Positions 41,711-52,438 of a stretch of 64,000 nucleotides of DNA are shown here, one piece after another. Positions within the stretch are counted from its first letter, which is position 1. Each line of letters begins with the position of its first letter. The stretch comes from Pelagomonas calceolata (Eukaryota): the NCBI GenBank assembly GCA_918797485.1, contig CAKKNE010000004.1, positions 4,712,001 to 4,776,000 of the forward strand, read 5' to 3'. The notes under the pieces are model-generated. The model was not told the origin of the DNA, did not search any database, and saw nothing but the letters and a program-made list of their open reading frames with translations. A program made the position numbers and the translations under genes.

Positions 41711-43351
41711 ATGGCCTCGCAAGCCGCAAAACCGACGGTCACGGTCCTCGACTACGGCGCCGGCAACGTACGAAGTGTAATAAACGCGCTCGAGCTGCTG
41801 GGATGCGACGTCGACCTCGTGCGAACAGCAAAAGATGTAAGAGCGGCCGAGATCCTGGTGTTTCCCGGCGTGGGCTGCTTCGCGGCGGCGATGGACGCGT
41901 TAGATGAGCTTGGTGTGTTAGATGCGTTGCGAGACTATCTACGAGACAAGGATAGGCCCTTCCTCGGCATCTGTTTAGGATTGCAGCTCCTGTTCGCCTC
42001 GTCGGAGGAGAGCCCCGGTAGAGAAGGAGTCGGGGCCGTCGACGGTGTCGTGAAGAAGCTGCGACCCCCTCAACAGGTCGCGATTCCCCATATGGGGTGG
42101 AATGAAGCCTTAGCAACCAAAGAATCGCCGCTCTTCCAACCGAGAGAACGTTATTATTTTGTCCACTCCTTCGCCATCGACACCTGCGACCCGAAATGGG
42201 CCGCGGCCGTGTCGGACTACGGCGGCCAGCGCTTCACGTGTGCCGTGGCGGATGGGCGACGGGCCGCGTGCCAGTTCCATCCGGAGAAGAGCGGCAAGCA
42301 AGGTTTGGCTTTGCTGAGGCGGTTTGTGTCCCTCGCTCGAAGCACGCAAGCGAACCTTGGTGCGGTCGTGTCCGGTACGACGACTCTGGCTCCTAGAATC
42401 ATCGCGGCGTTGGATGTGAGAACAAACGACCAGGGCGACTTGGTCGTGACGAAAGGCGACGGGTATGATGTGAGAGAGAAGACGGAAGGTGAACGAGCCG
42501 TACGAAACCTGGGCAAGCCCGTCGACTTGTGCGCGAGGTACTACGACGAGGGCGCGGACGAGATTTGCATCCTCAACATCTGCGCGTTCAAGGGCGAGGC
42601 CGCCGGCGACCTGCCGTTGTTAGGTGTATTACGAAAAGCTTCGGAGCGGTGCTTCGTGCCGCTGACGATCGGCGGCGGCGTCCGGGACTACACGGCGTCC
42701 GACGGCTCGAGTGTCACGGCGCTCGACGTCGCCGACGCTTATTTCAGAGCAGGCGCCGACAAGGTGGGCATCGGCTCGGATGCGGTCAAGGCCGCGAAGG
42801 GCTACTATGCGTCTACTTCCCAAAAAACGTCGATAGAGCAGATCGCCACGAAATACGGAAGGCAGGCCGTCGTCGTGTCGCTCGACCCGAGAAGAGTGTG
42901 GCTTTCTGATAATGAGGACGCCCCATCGGGTGAAAACGGCGCGCCGGCACCCTTGGTGGTCACGCACGCGACCGCACGAGGGCCTTCTGGTGAATCGCGG
43001 TGCTGGTGGCGCGCGACGACGAGTGGCGGCCGCACGGACGAGCCGATATGTGCCGTCGCGGTGGCCGTCGCGGCGGCGGCCTTGGGTGCCGGCGAGTTCA
43101 TGGTCAACTGCATTGATTGCGACGGCAAGGGCACGGGCTATGATATTGACCTGCTCAAGCTCGTCAAACAATCGGTGGAGGTGCCCGTGATCGCGTCGAG
43201 CGGCGCGGGCCAACCTTCTCACTTCAGCGACGTCTTCAAGGGGGCTCATGTCGACGCGGCCCTCGCCGCCGGCATCTTCCACCGGCGCGAGGTTGCTATT
43301 AGTGAGGTCAAGGCGGCGGTGCGGGGCGCGGGCTACCCCGTGCGGGACTAG
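41711..43351 (+). CDS. HIS7: Bifunctional imidazole glycerol phosphate synthase HisHF
   Basis: LDYGAGNVRS, GICLGLQ, QFHPEKSG, LDVRTNDQGDLVVTKGD, PVIASSGAG, ALAAGIFH. Confidence 0.97.
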   Translation: MASQAAKPTVTVLDYGAGNVRSVINALELLGCDVDLVRTAKDVRAAEILVFPGVGCFAAAMDALDELGVLDALRDYLRDKDRPFLGICLGLQLLFASSEESPGREGVGAVDGVVKKLRPPQQVAIPHMGWNEALATKESPLFQPRERYYFVHSFAIDTCDPKWAAAVSDYGGQRFTCAVADGRRAACQFHPEKSGKQGLALLRRFVSLARSTQANLGAVVSGTTTLAPRIIAALDVRTNDQGDLVVTKGDGYDVREKTEGERAVRNLGKPVDLCARYYDEGADEICILNICAFKGEAAGDLPLLGVLRKASERCFVPLTIGGGVRDYTASDGSSVTALDVADAYFRAGADKVGIGSDAVKAAKGYYASTSQKTSIEQIATKYGRQAVVVSLDPRRVWLSDNEDAPSGENGAPAPLVVTHATARGPSGESRCWWRATTSGGRTDEPICAVAVAVAAAALGAGEFMVNCIDCDGKGTGYDIDLLKLVKQSVEVPVIASSGAGQPSHFSDVFKGAHVDAALAAGIFHRREVAISEVKAAVRGAGYPVRD

Positions 43352-43363
43352 ACTCTAACAACA

Positions 43364-44662
43364 TTAGTACTCCTGGTCGAGCTTCTCCTTGTGCTTGATC
43401 TTGCCGTGGCTCGACCGCGTCTTCGCGAAGTTGCGCGAGCCGTTGTGGCGCGCGCGCCGCGTCAGCTGCTTGTCCCGCTCGCGGCGCAGCTTCTGGGCGC
43501 AGACTTCGGGTGGCGGCGCTGCATCGGCCTCATAAGCAATGGGCGGCGGCGGCGACGCGTCGGCCGCGGGCGCGTCGACGCGCGCGCGCGCCAGGAACTC
43601 CGCGCGCAGCGCCTCCACTCCATCGTCGTCGCTCTCATTATCATCTTCTTCCTCCTCCGTAACAGCTTTGACAGGGCGCGACCGCCCCTCGCGCTTGTCC
43701 GGCGCGCAGCCGTCAAAGCCCGAGGCGCGGCACGCCGTATCCAAACGGGTCACCGCCTCCGAGGCACACGCCCCGTCAAAATCAAATAAACCCTCTTCAT
43801 CCACATCAAATTTCAGTTTCATCGTGAAGAACTTGACCAACCCGCGAACGTCCCGCGCGAAGTACATGGCCGCGTTCGGGTGTTTTGTGGAGATCATCTG
43901 CGGGAAGTCTATGAGTGTCACCGCCGACGTGTTCTGCTCGACAATCAAGTTAAATTCGTTGAGGTCGCAGTGCACCAATCCTCTTGCAGCTAACTGTCGG
44001 GCAATGGTGACAGTAGACTCCAACACCTTTTCAGGATCAGCTAAACACCCGGGAGCCCCCAGCTGATACAATGGTAACCCTTCAGCGAGGCCCATGACGA
44101 CCGCGTGGCGATTCTGGTCCAGCGGCTCGGGCACTTTTATGCTTTTATCCTCATGCAAACAACACATGAAGTCCCACTCGCGTTTGGCGGCGAGGCGGCT
44201 CATGTTCAACCAATTGCCCGCGGTCTTCCTTCCCTCCAAATAGTCGCGCTTGTCTTTCACGGCCTTGAACGACGTCTTGCCCAGTCGATGGAACTTGATG
44301 ATCACCCTCCGGTCGTCCGACGCCCGACAACCTTCGTACACGTCGCTCTCCTTGCCCTCGCCGATCTTCCGTCCCACGCTATCCACCGCGCCGCGCGCCA
44401 CGAAAGCTCGCAATGCGAGCACGTCGTAGCCGAACCACGTCAATCTATACCCATCGTACTTGTTGTTGTCGTGGTACACGAGCTTGAATCTTAGTAGAGT
44501 GGCCAGGAACTTGGCCGCGCCGCCGTGGCGCAGGCCCGCGATGCTGATAATTAATGGCACGGGCACGGCGTGGTGATTGCGCATGCCCAATTCCACGGCC
44601 GTCAGCACTCTGTAATCGTCCTTCGACAGGTGGCGCATGACCTGGACGTCGAGCTTGCCCAT
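43364..44662 (-). CDS. RIO2: RIO2 atypical kinase
   Basis: RVLTAVELGMRNH, GYRLT..GYD, GKESDVY, KFHRLG.TSF, VHCDLNEFN, IDFPQM. Confidence 0.96.
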   Translation of the reverse strand: MGKLDVQVMRHLSKDDYRVLTAVELGMRNHHAVPVPLIISIAGLRHGGAAKFLATLLRFKLVYHDNNKYDGYRLTWFGYDVLALRAFVARGAVDSVGRKIGEGKESDVYEGCRASDDRRVIIKFHRLGKTSFKAVKDKRDYLEGRKTAGNWLNMSRLAAKREWDFMCCLHEDKSIKVPEPLDQNRHAVVMGLAEGLPLYQLGAPGCLADPEKVLESTVTIARQLAARGLVHCDLNEFNLIVEQNTSAVTLIDFPQMISTKHPNAAMYFARDVRGLVKFFTMKLKFDVDEEGLFDFDGACASEAVTRLDTACRASGFDGCAPDKREGRSRPVKAVTEEEEDDNESDDDGVEALRAEFLARARVDAPAADASPPPPIAYEADAAPPPEVCAQKLRRERDKQLTRRARHNGSRNFAKTRSSHGKIKHKEKLDQEY

Positions 44663-45416
44663 TTTTGAGTGGCAGTGCTCTCTGGTGTTTTGCAGCAATG
44701 CTCGCGCAGTTTTCGAGGTTGGCGCCCGACAGTGTTGGTTGTGCGAAGTGTTTGCCCTGCTCGAGACGTACTTTGCGTAACTACGTCGAGCAATAATGCG
44801 GCCGGCAGTGTGCAGCCTCGCCTGAGACTCGAGACCTCCGTTTTTGCCTCTATTCATGGAAGTTTCGTTGCAGGCGGTGCCTAGAAGTGCTCGATAGCGT
44901 CTCGCGAGTGTTCTTTTGAGGTTGTTGCTGGGTCTGAAATTTGGGCATCGCCATCTCGCTGTGATCAGGCGGACGGCATAAAAGCGTGTGTAACTGCGTC
45001 TGGAGTAAAGCAGCGTTCTGAGCGTGGTGCAGACGTATGGTTCTAAGCGTGGTGCAGCGGTGGGCTCAGCTGGACGCGACCTCGGCGAGCGCGGGCCTGC
45101 CACAGTGCAAGCTCCCTTAGCGTACGCGCCGACGCCTCTACGGCTGAACCGAGGCCGCTGACACGCCACGCCGACGCTACACGACCAGCGGCACACACGG
45201 AATGCAGGAGAACCGCACCGCAGACGCGCGCCGGCCGCGAACACGCGGCGGCGCCGCCGGAGGCCGAGCCCCACGCCGTCGGCGCGCCGACGGCAAAAGC
45301 GCCGGCCACGGGGCTCACCGCCAAGAGAGCCACGCCCTCACCGCCACGAGACACGCCGGCTGCAAGCAGCGCGCTCACCGCCCGCCCCCGCAGGTCAGGA
45401 AAGGAGCAGTAGAACC

Positions 45417-45839
45417 ATGGCCGCCAAGAAGGCCGCCGCGGCCGCGACGGCCGTCCGCTCGGGCACGGGCAAGAAGATGGTCAAGCGACGAACGAAGGTC
45501 CACTTCTACCGGCCCAAGTCCTTCCAGCCGCCGAAGGCGCCCAAATACGCCTTGAAGGCGGCCCCGGCGCGCGCGAAGATGGACAAGTACCGCGTCATCA
45601 AGTACCCGCTCACGACGGAGTCGGCGATGAAGAAGATCGAGGACAACAACACGCTGGTCTTCATCGTGGACGTCGCGGCGAACAAGCGACAGATCAAGGA
45701 CGCGGTCAAGGCCATGTACGAGATCTCCTGCAGCAAGGTGAACACGCTGATCCGGCCCGACGGCCAGAAGAAGGCGTACGTGCGGCTGACGCAGGACTAC
45801 GACGCGCTGGACGTGGCGAACCGCATCGGCATCATCTAG
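45417..45839 (+). CDS. RPL23A: 60S ribosomal protein L23a (uL23)
   Basis: [54 protein letters not shown]. Confidence 0.98.
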   Translation: MAAKKAAAAATAVRSGTGKKMVKRRTKVHFYRPKSFQPPKAPKYALKAAPARAKMDKYRVIKYPLTTESAMKKIEDNNTLVFIVDVAANKRQIKDAVKAMYEISCSKVNTLIRPDGQKKAYVRLTQDYDALDVANRIGII

Positions 45840-46069
45840 GCTCGGTTCGTAATGTGGTTCTTCGCTAGTGAGTCGGTTGACGGTCAGTCAACCCGGGTTG
45901 CTCAAGAGGAGGGGCCCACCTTTACTGGCACATACTTTGGCACATCAGGCCGTCCTTCCGCCGCCGAGTCGCCATTCCCCTCATCCTACCACTTCATCCC
46001 GACGACGGCCCCTCGGAGTCCGGCGACCCGGACGAGGATCCAAGTACAGACAACAACTAAGTTAGATTC

Positions 46070-47926
46070 CTAGCGCCGGCGCCGCGGCGGCGCGGACGGC
46101 CCGTTGACGCCGCCCGCGAAGTCCTCAGCGGTCCAGTCCGAGAACAGGTTCCCGCCCGCGTTGCTCTTCTTCTTCTTTTTTTTGGGAGGCGGCGCCTTCT
46201 TTTTCTTCCTCGGCGGGCCGCTCGACGGCGAGGGCGACCGCGACCGCGACGGCGACCGCGCGCGCGGCCGCGGCCGCGACTTCTTCCTACCCTTGACGCC
46301 CGTGATGCAGCCCAGGCCCGAGAGGTTCAGCTCCTTCTCGACGGCGCCCGCGAAGGTCTCGAAGTCCTTGATCATGCCGTTGCTGAAGGTCTTGGACGGG
46401 ATCGTCTCCAATTCGGGCAGGGACTCGCGCGCCTTCTCGGCCGCGGCCGCGATGATCGCGTACATCTGGGCGCGTTCCTTCGGGTCCTCGCAGTGGGCCG
46501 CGAGGTCCGCAGCAGAGCATTTCAGCCGCAGCGCCACGCGTCCAGCAACCGCGTGCGCCGCCTTGCGCATCCGTTCCGCACCGCCGAGGCCCGCGGTGAG
46601 GTCCCCCTGCAGCACCTCGGGTTTGTTCCTATCGTACTTGCCCTTCTTGACGACGATCCAACTCGTAGAACCGTTGCTGTTCTTCGCCCTGCCCTCCGCT
46701 TTATAAACAAGATTCGCCTCCGCGTAGACCTTCTTGAGCGCGGTTTTCGACCCCTCAAAGTTCTTCAGCCGCATGACCGCGTCCCGCGTGTCCGTCGTCT
46801 GCTCGAGCGACGGCTCCGAGACGGCGTCCACGCTCTTCCTACCAATAATGACGCGCATCGTGATCATCGCCTTCAAAACTGAACACCACACAGGTACCAA
46901 TAACTGCAGACGGCCGTGTCTCCCAGCAGAGCCGTCCTCCAACAAAGCCAGCGACACGTCCTTGTCCTCCACATTTGATGCGGTGAAGACGGCGGCGTCG
47001 CCCGGCAGCTCGACGCCGCCATCGACAAGGCACCCGTGGCGCATCGCCGTCGCCGTCACGTCCGCCCAGATCTTTGCAGCATGGTCGCACTTCTGCAGCC
47101 GAGAGCAGTACTTGTAGACACCGGCAGCGACGCCATCGGCAGACCACTGTAACGCACAGTCGGCCGCCTTCCGCGCCGCCGTGTCGTTCTTGCTCGACTT
47201 ATCCCACCCAACAAACTTCGCGACGCCCTTCTCGTCGGTCCGGGGGCTAATCACCGTCGTCCGGTCCCACTGCTCCTTGCCGTTTTCTTCGTCCTCCTTC
47301 ATTAACGCGCGCACCGTCCGGTCCGCGATGGCCTCCATCAACAGCCTGTTCACAAGAACGCAGTCGCCGTCAGCCAACCACATGGGCCCGTAGGCCTGCC
47401 GGAACAGCGCGCGCACCAGAGCGTCTCCATCGATATAACTAAGCATGCTAAGACAAAAACAGCACTTGGGCCGCGACGGATGCTTCAACTGCCGCTGATA
47501 CAGGGCCTGAAGGTAGATCACCCACTGCTGGGGCGTCCATCGATCCTTCCGCAGCGTCTCGGCCCCTTCCGGCAGATGGCCGTCGAAGAACGAGTCCGGC
47601 GCGCCCTCGCCCAGCTTGTCCTTGTCCCCCACGAGGGGCCACTTCGCGAGGGGGTGCGTGCGGTCCGCCTCCCGCACGTTCGCCGGCGGCTGCAGCGCGG
47701 CTTGCGCGGTCTCCACCGCGGCGCGTAGCACGTCGACCTCGTCCTCATTATGCTCGCCGACGATGTGCCAACTCGCCACCAGACCACCAGCGCCCTGAAG
47801 AGCGTGGAGAAGGTTCGGCGCCGCTAAGGCCTCCAGGAGCGTGTTGGCATAGCGGGTGTTGTCCTCCTGCGGCCCGTCGCTCGCGTTGTAGACCTCCGCG
47901 GTTTTTTGCTTCTTACTGGGGGGCAT
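46070..47926 (-). CDS. Hypothetical, probably nuclear protein with an NLS-like N-terminus and an RS/K-rich tail
   Basis: Uninterrupted ORF from MPPSKKQKT. No recognisable domain. Confidence 0.6.
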   Translation of the reverse strand: MPPSKKQKTAEVYNASDGPQEDNTRYANTLLEALAAPNLLHALQGAGGLVASWHIVGEHNEDEVDVLRAAVETAQAALQPPANVREADRTHPLAKWPLVGDKDKLGEGAPDSFFDGHLPEGAETLRKDRWTPQQWVIYLQALYQRQLKHPSRPKCCFCLSMLSYIDGDALVRALFRQAYGPMWLADGDCVLVNRLLMEAIADRTVRALMKEDEENGKEQWDRTTVISPRTDEKGVAKFVGWDKSSKNDTAARKAADCALQWSADGVAAGVYKYCSRLQKCDHAAKIWADVTATAMRHGCLVDGGVELPGDAAVFTASNVEDKDVSLALLEDGSAGRHGRLQLLVPVWCSVLKAMITMRVIIGRKSVDAVSEPSLEQTTDTRDAVMRLKNFEGSKTALKKVYAEANLVYKAEGRAKNSNGSTSWIVVKKGKYDRNKPEVLQGDLTAGLGGAERMRKAAHAVAGRVALRLKCSAADLAAHCEDPKERAQMYAIIAAAAEKARESLPELETIPSKTFSNGMIKDFETFAGAVEKELNLSGLGCITGVKGRKKSRPRPRARSPSRSRSPSPSSGPPRKKKKAPPPKKKKKKSNAGGNLFSDWTAEDFAGGVNGPSAPPRRRR

Positions 47927-49376
47927 CGTGACTTCTTCGTGGTGCAGTAACGCTGTAATGTTCCATACGCGCGGCGTATTCAGGCAGCCAAAATTGCCAG
48001 AGAGCAGCCTGGCGGAGATGCCTCGACGCGCTGCGCGCGATTCCCCGATAAGACGGTTCTCCGGCACGCAGGAGTACTTGCGGCACCAATACACAACTAC
48101 AAGTTAAGCTACTGGGGGGATAGGGAACCCCAAGCCGCGTTCGCGACGGCGCGCAGTCCATCTAGACGTGCCCCGAGGCGCCGTCGTCGTAGAATCGCGA
48201 CGACCCGGTCCATGAACGACGATGGCGCGGCGGTGTTGTCGCCGCCGCGCTAGCGATGGCCTTTCATCAACGCGCTTGCTATCGCTTCCGTTGCTGTGCC
48301 GCGCGGCGTGATGGGACCCAGACTTCACTTCAATCTATCCGAGCCGCGGCATGGGCGACAAATTGTTCACCGCCGCGCCGGGTCCGTGCGGAATGCACTA
48401 TGAGTATATACTGAGCATCGCTTCACAAAACGGAGTTTAATTCAGAACTTCGTCAGCGGCTACACGAGCTTCTGAAATCAATCTCTAAAAGTTCGCGTCG
48501 AATAAAGCGGTCAATTATCGTCGCGTCCACTGTCTCAGTTAGAAGCTCTCGTTCTAGAAATTCGGCTACTTGTAGAGTTTTTGTACAACAACTTCTTGCG
48601 TGCAGCAACGAGAGCGTCTACAAATGCTTGAATCGCCGCGCGATATACTAATACGGGTTCTCTATCACGTAAAAATGGTGGGCCGAATGCCCAGGCCAAG
48701 GCCGCAGAAGCCATAGGTTCCGTCTCGGTCGCGGGCGACGCCGTCGTCGAATTACACGGGCACGTGCGCGGCTCGTCCGCATCGCCGCGCCAGCGATGGC
48801 CTTCATCGACGCGCTCGCCGCGCTCTGCCTCAATCGTCGCGATTTAGCCGATGGACAAAGGCATCGTCGACCAGCCATATGGGCTGGTGGGCCTGCCGTA
48901 ACCATCTAGGCCAATCTTGGTCGCTGCCGATACCGGCCTGCTCCACGGCGCCGTCGAGCTCAGCCGTTTCGGGGGCCGCGCGGCCATCGTCGGTGGGTGC
49001 GATTTGCGGCAGCGCTTCGTCGTCTCCGCCAAGGGCTGCGAAGGCGCGCGGCGTCCTGCGCCGAGCCCGGACGGCTCTGGTCTGGCGCGTCATCGGTCAT
49101 GCCAAAGCAGCAAGCTGACACACGCTGTGCTCTCGCAGCAGTGGCGCGGCGAACGCGTGGAACAGACGTGATAGAGTTGCAGCGCGTGGCTGCGTGTTGC
49201 GATTGCCAAAGCTCACTACCAATAGAAGCATCAATGCGAGCGACTTGGATGCTGCGACGCAGACAGCTGCGAAACTCTAGTATGTCTATACTGGCACAGG
49301 AGCACTCCCCCTCGTAGCCTTGTCGTCGCGAACTTGTGTTTTACCCAATCTTGGCCTACTCCTGCAGCTTGGCGAT

Positions 49377-50280
49377 CTAGTTGTACCAGACGGCACGGCG
49401 CCAGAGGATAGTCTTGAACGAGGCGGGCAGGCCCTGCAAAAACTCGAAGACCTTCTTGTCGTTCCGGCCGAACTCCAACGGCTTTTGGAGGCGCCCCTCC
49501 ATGGCCTTCTTGAGGAAGCCGGCGAGGTAGCCGGGCGCGCCGTCCTCGTTCGACGTGTCGTAGCGCGGCGCCGAGTAGTAGTCCTCGAACTCGGCGCGCA
49601 GGCTCTTGACGAACGTGACGAGGATCGTGACGACGGCGTCGAGGCCCATGCGGTCGAAGACGTCGGCCTTGAGCTTCTCGGGGATCGTCTGGCCGTCCCG
49701 CGCGCTTTTGTGCGCCGAATCGGGTAGCAAAGCGAAGAGCGTGGCGAGCGAGAACGGGTCCTTGAAGCCGAAGAGGGACTTGCAGAGGCCGTCGCCTGCG
49801 TTGGCGAGTTCAATCAGTGAGTCGGGTTCACGCAATAATTCTCCACAGAGTCATCTCTCGCTTCGTTTTGGCCAAATCGTCCCCAGATGACGCCTCCGTC
49901 GAAAACCCCCGACGACAGAAGCCGATACCGCGCCTCGACGACGGCCCGCTGGCACCGTAGAGTCGTGATTTATGCGCTGGGAGTTACGGCAAAACACGAA
50001 GAAGCCCTTCTCCGTGTCATCATCCGACTTGAAGCCTACGTTAATGAGTAATTCAGGTATGATGCGCAATACAACGTCCATCAGCAACGAGGCCTTCTCG
50101 AAGGGCGGCGTCCAGCGGCCGTGACGGTCGTTATCAGCTCAAGTCGCGGGAAAATGTACCACGATCTGATTTCCGCACCGCCGCGACGGAAGAAGGTCCT
50201 TCGAAAGCACCACTTCCCCGGCCGCGCGTACGAGTTGCTGTACTTCGAGTAAGAACTTGAAGCACTAACTCTCGAGTAAG
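49377..50280 (-). pseudogene. Fragmented gene or pseudogene interrupted by introner-like inserts
   Basis: Removing 49796-49987 (GT-AG) joins KGFFVFC|RDGLCKSLFGFKDPF in frame. A second insert lies near 50126-50187. No in-frame ATG was found upstream before a stop. Confidence 0.4.
49796..49987 (-). mobile_element. Diverged introner-type intron (GT-AG, 192 bp)
   Basis: One end GATTTATGCGCTG is identical to 40686-40698. The other has TCAATCAGTGAGTCGGGT, like the 8043 and 58875 elements. Splicing preserves the frame. Confidence 0.65.
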
Positions 50281-50399
50281 TTGGGGTCTACCCGGAATCG
50301 TAGTTGCGACTTCGCTCAGGATCGCTTTCTTGGGTGTGTTCGCTACCCTAGTAATACGTACGCATCGGCAATGGTCTTAGTGGTAACGAAGCGAGGTGT

Positions 50400-51242
50400 C
50401 TAGAACGTCATGTCCGGCTGCTGGAGCACGGGCCGCGCGCGCCGCGCGAGCGCCATTTCCCGGTTCCGCTTCTGGAGCGGGCCCTCGTGGAGCGGCTTCG
50501 TGCGGTTGTAGCCGGAGGAACGCCTAGCAACACCATCAGAAATTTTCTCCAGCTTCGCGGCGATCTTGTGGTTCTCCCTCAAAATCTTGCGCGACGTCTC
50601 CTTCCTTCGAATCGCGGACGCGGCCTTGTGGCCGCCGAGGAAGGGCCGCGGCGCCGGCCGCCGCGACGTCTGGATGTCCGTCATGTGGCGCACGAGCATG
50701 GCGTTGTCGCGCTCGATGCGCGCCTTCTCGGGGTCGCGGTTGCCCAACCGCCGCGACGCCGAGCCGCGCCGCTTCCGCGGGATCGCTTTTCGTGGGCCCT
50801 GGAAGTCCATGAGCGACTCCTCGCGGAAGCGTTGCGCTTCCGCCTCGGCGATGGCGCGCTCGCGGGCCAGCGCCTCGGCCTCCTCCTGGCGCCGCTTCAG
50901 GCGCGCGTTCAGCGCCAAGGCTTGCTGCAATTGGTCGATCTCGTCCAAATCCTCGGCGGTCGGGGGCCCGTCCTCGGCGGGCGCCTTCTGTAAACCGTCG
51001 GCGGGGCCGTAGCCCGGGAGCTGGGCGGCCGTCGCCCGCAGGCGCGCGTTGAGCTCCATCGCGGCCGCGTAGCGGGCCTCGTCGTCGTCGCCCTCGCCGT
51101 CGGACGGGCCGTAGCCCGCCCCGTCGTCGGGGATCTGGGCCGCTTGGGCCCGCAGTCTCGCATTCAATTCCAGGGCCGCCTCGTAGCGCGCCTCGTCGTC
51201 GTCGTCGGGAGGTGCGGTTGAGCCTCCGGGGAGAACGTCCAT
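50400..51242 (-). CDS. CFAP97/Hemingway-like coiled-coil protein with N-terminal internal repeats
   Basis: RIERDNAMLVRHMTDI and SAIRRKETSRKILRENHKIAAKLEKI. DDDEARY.AA.ELNARLRA.AAQ occurs twice. Confidence 0.55.
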   Translation of the reverse strand: MDVLPGGSTAPPDDDDEARYEAALELNARLRAQAAQIPDDGAGYGPSDGEGDDDEARYAAAMELNARLRATAAQLPGYGPADGLQKAPAEDGPPTAEDLDEIDQLQQALALNARLKRRQEEAEALARERAIAEAEAQRFREESLMDFQGPRKAIPRKRRGSASRRLGNRDPEKARIERDNAMLVRHMTDIQTSRRPAPRPFLGGHKAASAIRRKETSRKILRENHKIAAKLEKISDGVARRSSGYNRTKPLHEGPLQKRNREMALARRARPVLQQPDMTF

Positions 51243-51589
51243 AGTGGAGTACCGCTGAACAGCGCCGGTCCTAAGCGCCGATGGTAGGGACCTGGACCCC
51301 ACTTCTACAAAGTTTTGCGGCCGTGCGATGGCGAGGGGCTGTAATCTAGCCCGCGATATGCGCCTTCCGGCACGAGCCAACCACCTGTCGCTAAATTGCC
51401 ACTCCCAGGGGTGGAGCGGATGAATCGGCGACGCGCGGTGTCTCCCCCCCCGGGGCTCCGCCCACTAGTCCTAGCACCGTAACAATAGGGGCGTGGAGCG
51501 GCTGGTGCAATCACGGATAGTAAATGGATCAACGCCAAACAGAAGTATGCTCGTCACCTGGTCGTGTGCGGACAAGTACACAACGAACA

Positions 51590-52279
51590 TTAGCCTTCCT
51601 TCACAATGTGCCTCCGCAGCGCGTCGCACCGCCGCCGGCAATCCTCCTGCTCTGCCGCGTCGGGCACGACGCCGCAGACGCGGTGCGTCTGGTCGAGCGT
51701 CTTCGTCGCCGCGGACGTGTCACCCGCCTCGCAAAAGAGGGTCGCGTAGTTGTGCATGACGCCCGCGAGCTCATACGCGACGGCGGGGTCGAGCGAGGCC
51801 TCCGCGATCTGCGTTGGTGACGCCAAGGCTCCGACAGCTTTCGCGCGGAGCGCCAGAGCCTCCTGGACGGCGCCGCGGTCTTGCGCCAGAGATGCGAGCC
51901 GGTCGTAAGCGACTGCACGACTCCGGTGCCGCGGCGGCGTGGACTCGAGCGCGGAGCGCCAGAGCGCTTCGGCTCGACGGCGTTCGCCCGCGTCCTCGCA
52001 CGCGTTCGCCGCCGCGCGTGCGAGCGTCGCTGTCGCTTCTCCGAACCGCTGGTGCGCGCCGCCTCTGGTCCGGACGAGCTCGAGGCATTGCTCGTATCGC
52101 GCGCACGCCGTCGACGCGTCTCCGGCAACCGCTGCGCGTTTCGCCTCCGCGACCAGCCGGTTCGCCTCGCCGCCGTACTTCTTCGTGGCCCAGTGCTTGT
52201 AGGCTAAGCCGCCTGCCAGGCCTGCGCAGGCTGCACCCACCCAAAGCCCGGCCTCGCGCGGCAGCGTGGGCAGTCGCAT
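51590..52279 (-). CDS. TPR-like protein with an N-terminal membrane anchor
   Basis: Hydrophobic LWVGAACAGLAGGLAY followed by TPR-like helices. Confidence 0.6.
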   Translation of the reverse strand: MRLPTLPREAGLWVGAACAGLAGGLAYKHWATKKYGGEANRLVAEAKRAAVAGDASTACARYEQCLELVRTRGGAHQRFGEATATLARAAANACEDAGERRRAEALWRSALESTPPRHRSRAVAYDRLASLAQDRGAVQEALALRAKAVGALASPTQIAEASLDPAVAYELAGVMHNYATLFCEAGDTSAATKTLDQTHRVCGVVPDAAEQEDCRRRCDALRRHIVKEG

Positions 52280-52438
52280 TCCTTCAGACTTGCGTCGAAG
52301 GCGTGAAAGTCATTAATTGCATCGTTTCTCGCGCGTGTGCGTGAGTCCTACGCATTTTGAGCTTGCACACCAAAAAGAGCAGAGAGAGCACAGGCTAGGT
52401 GCACAGCATTACGCGGCGGCATAGCTAGGCACGACACA

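Noticed and set aside
48648..49317. Small ORFs between the orphan gene and the fragmented gene
   Set aside because: No recognisable motifs or consistent codon bias; cannot be supported as genes.
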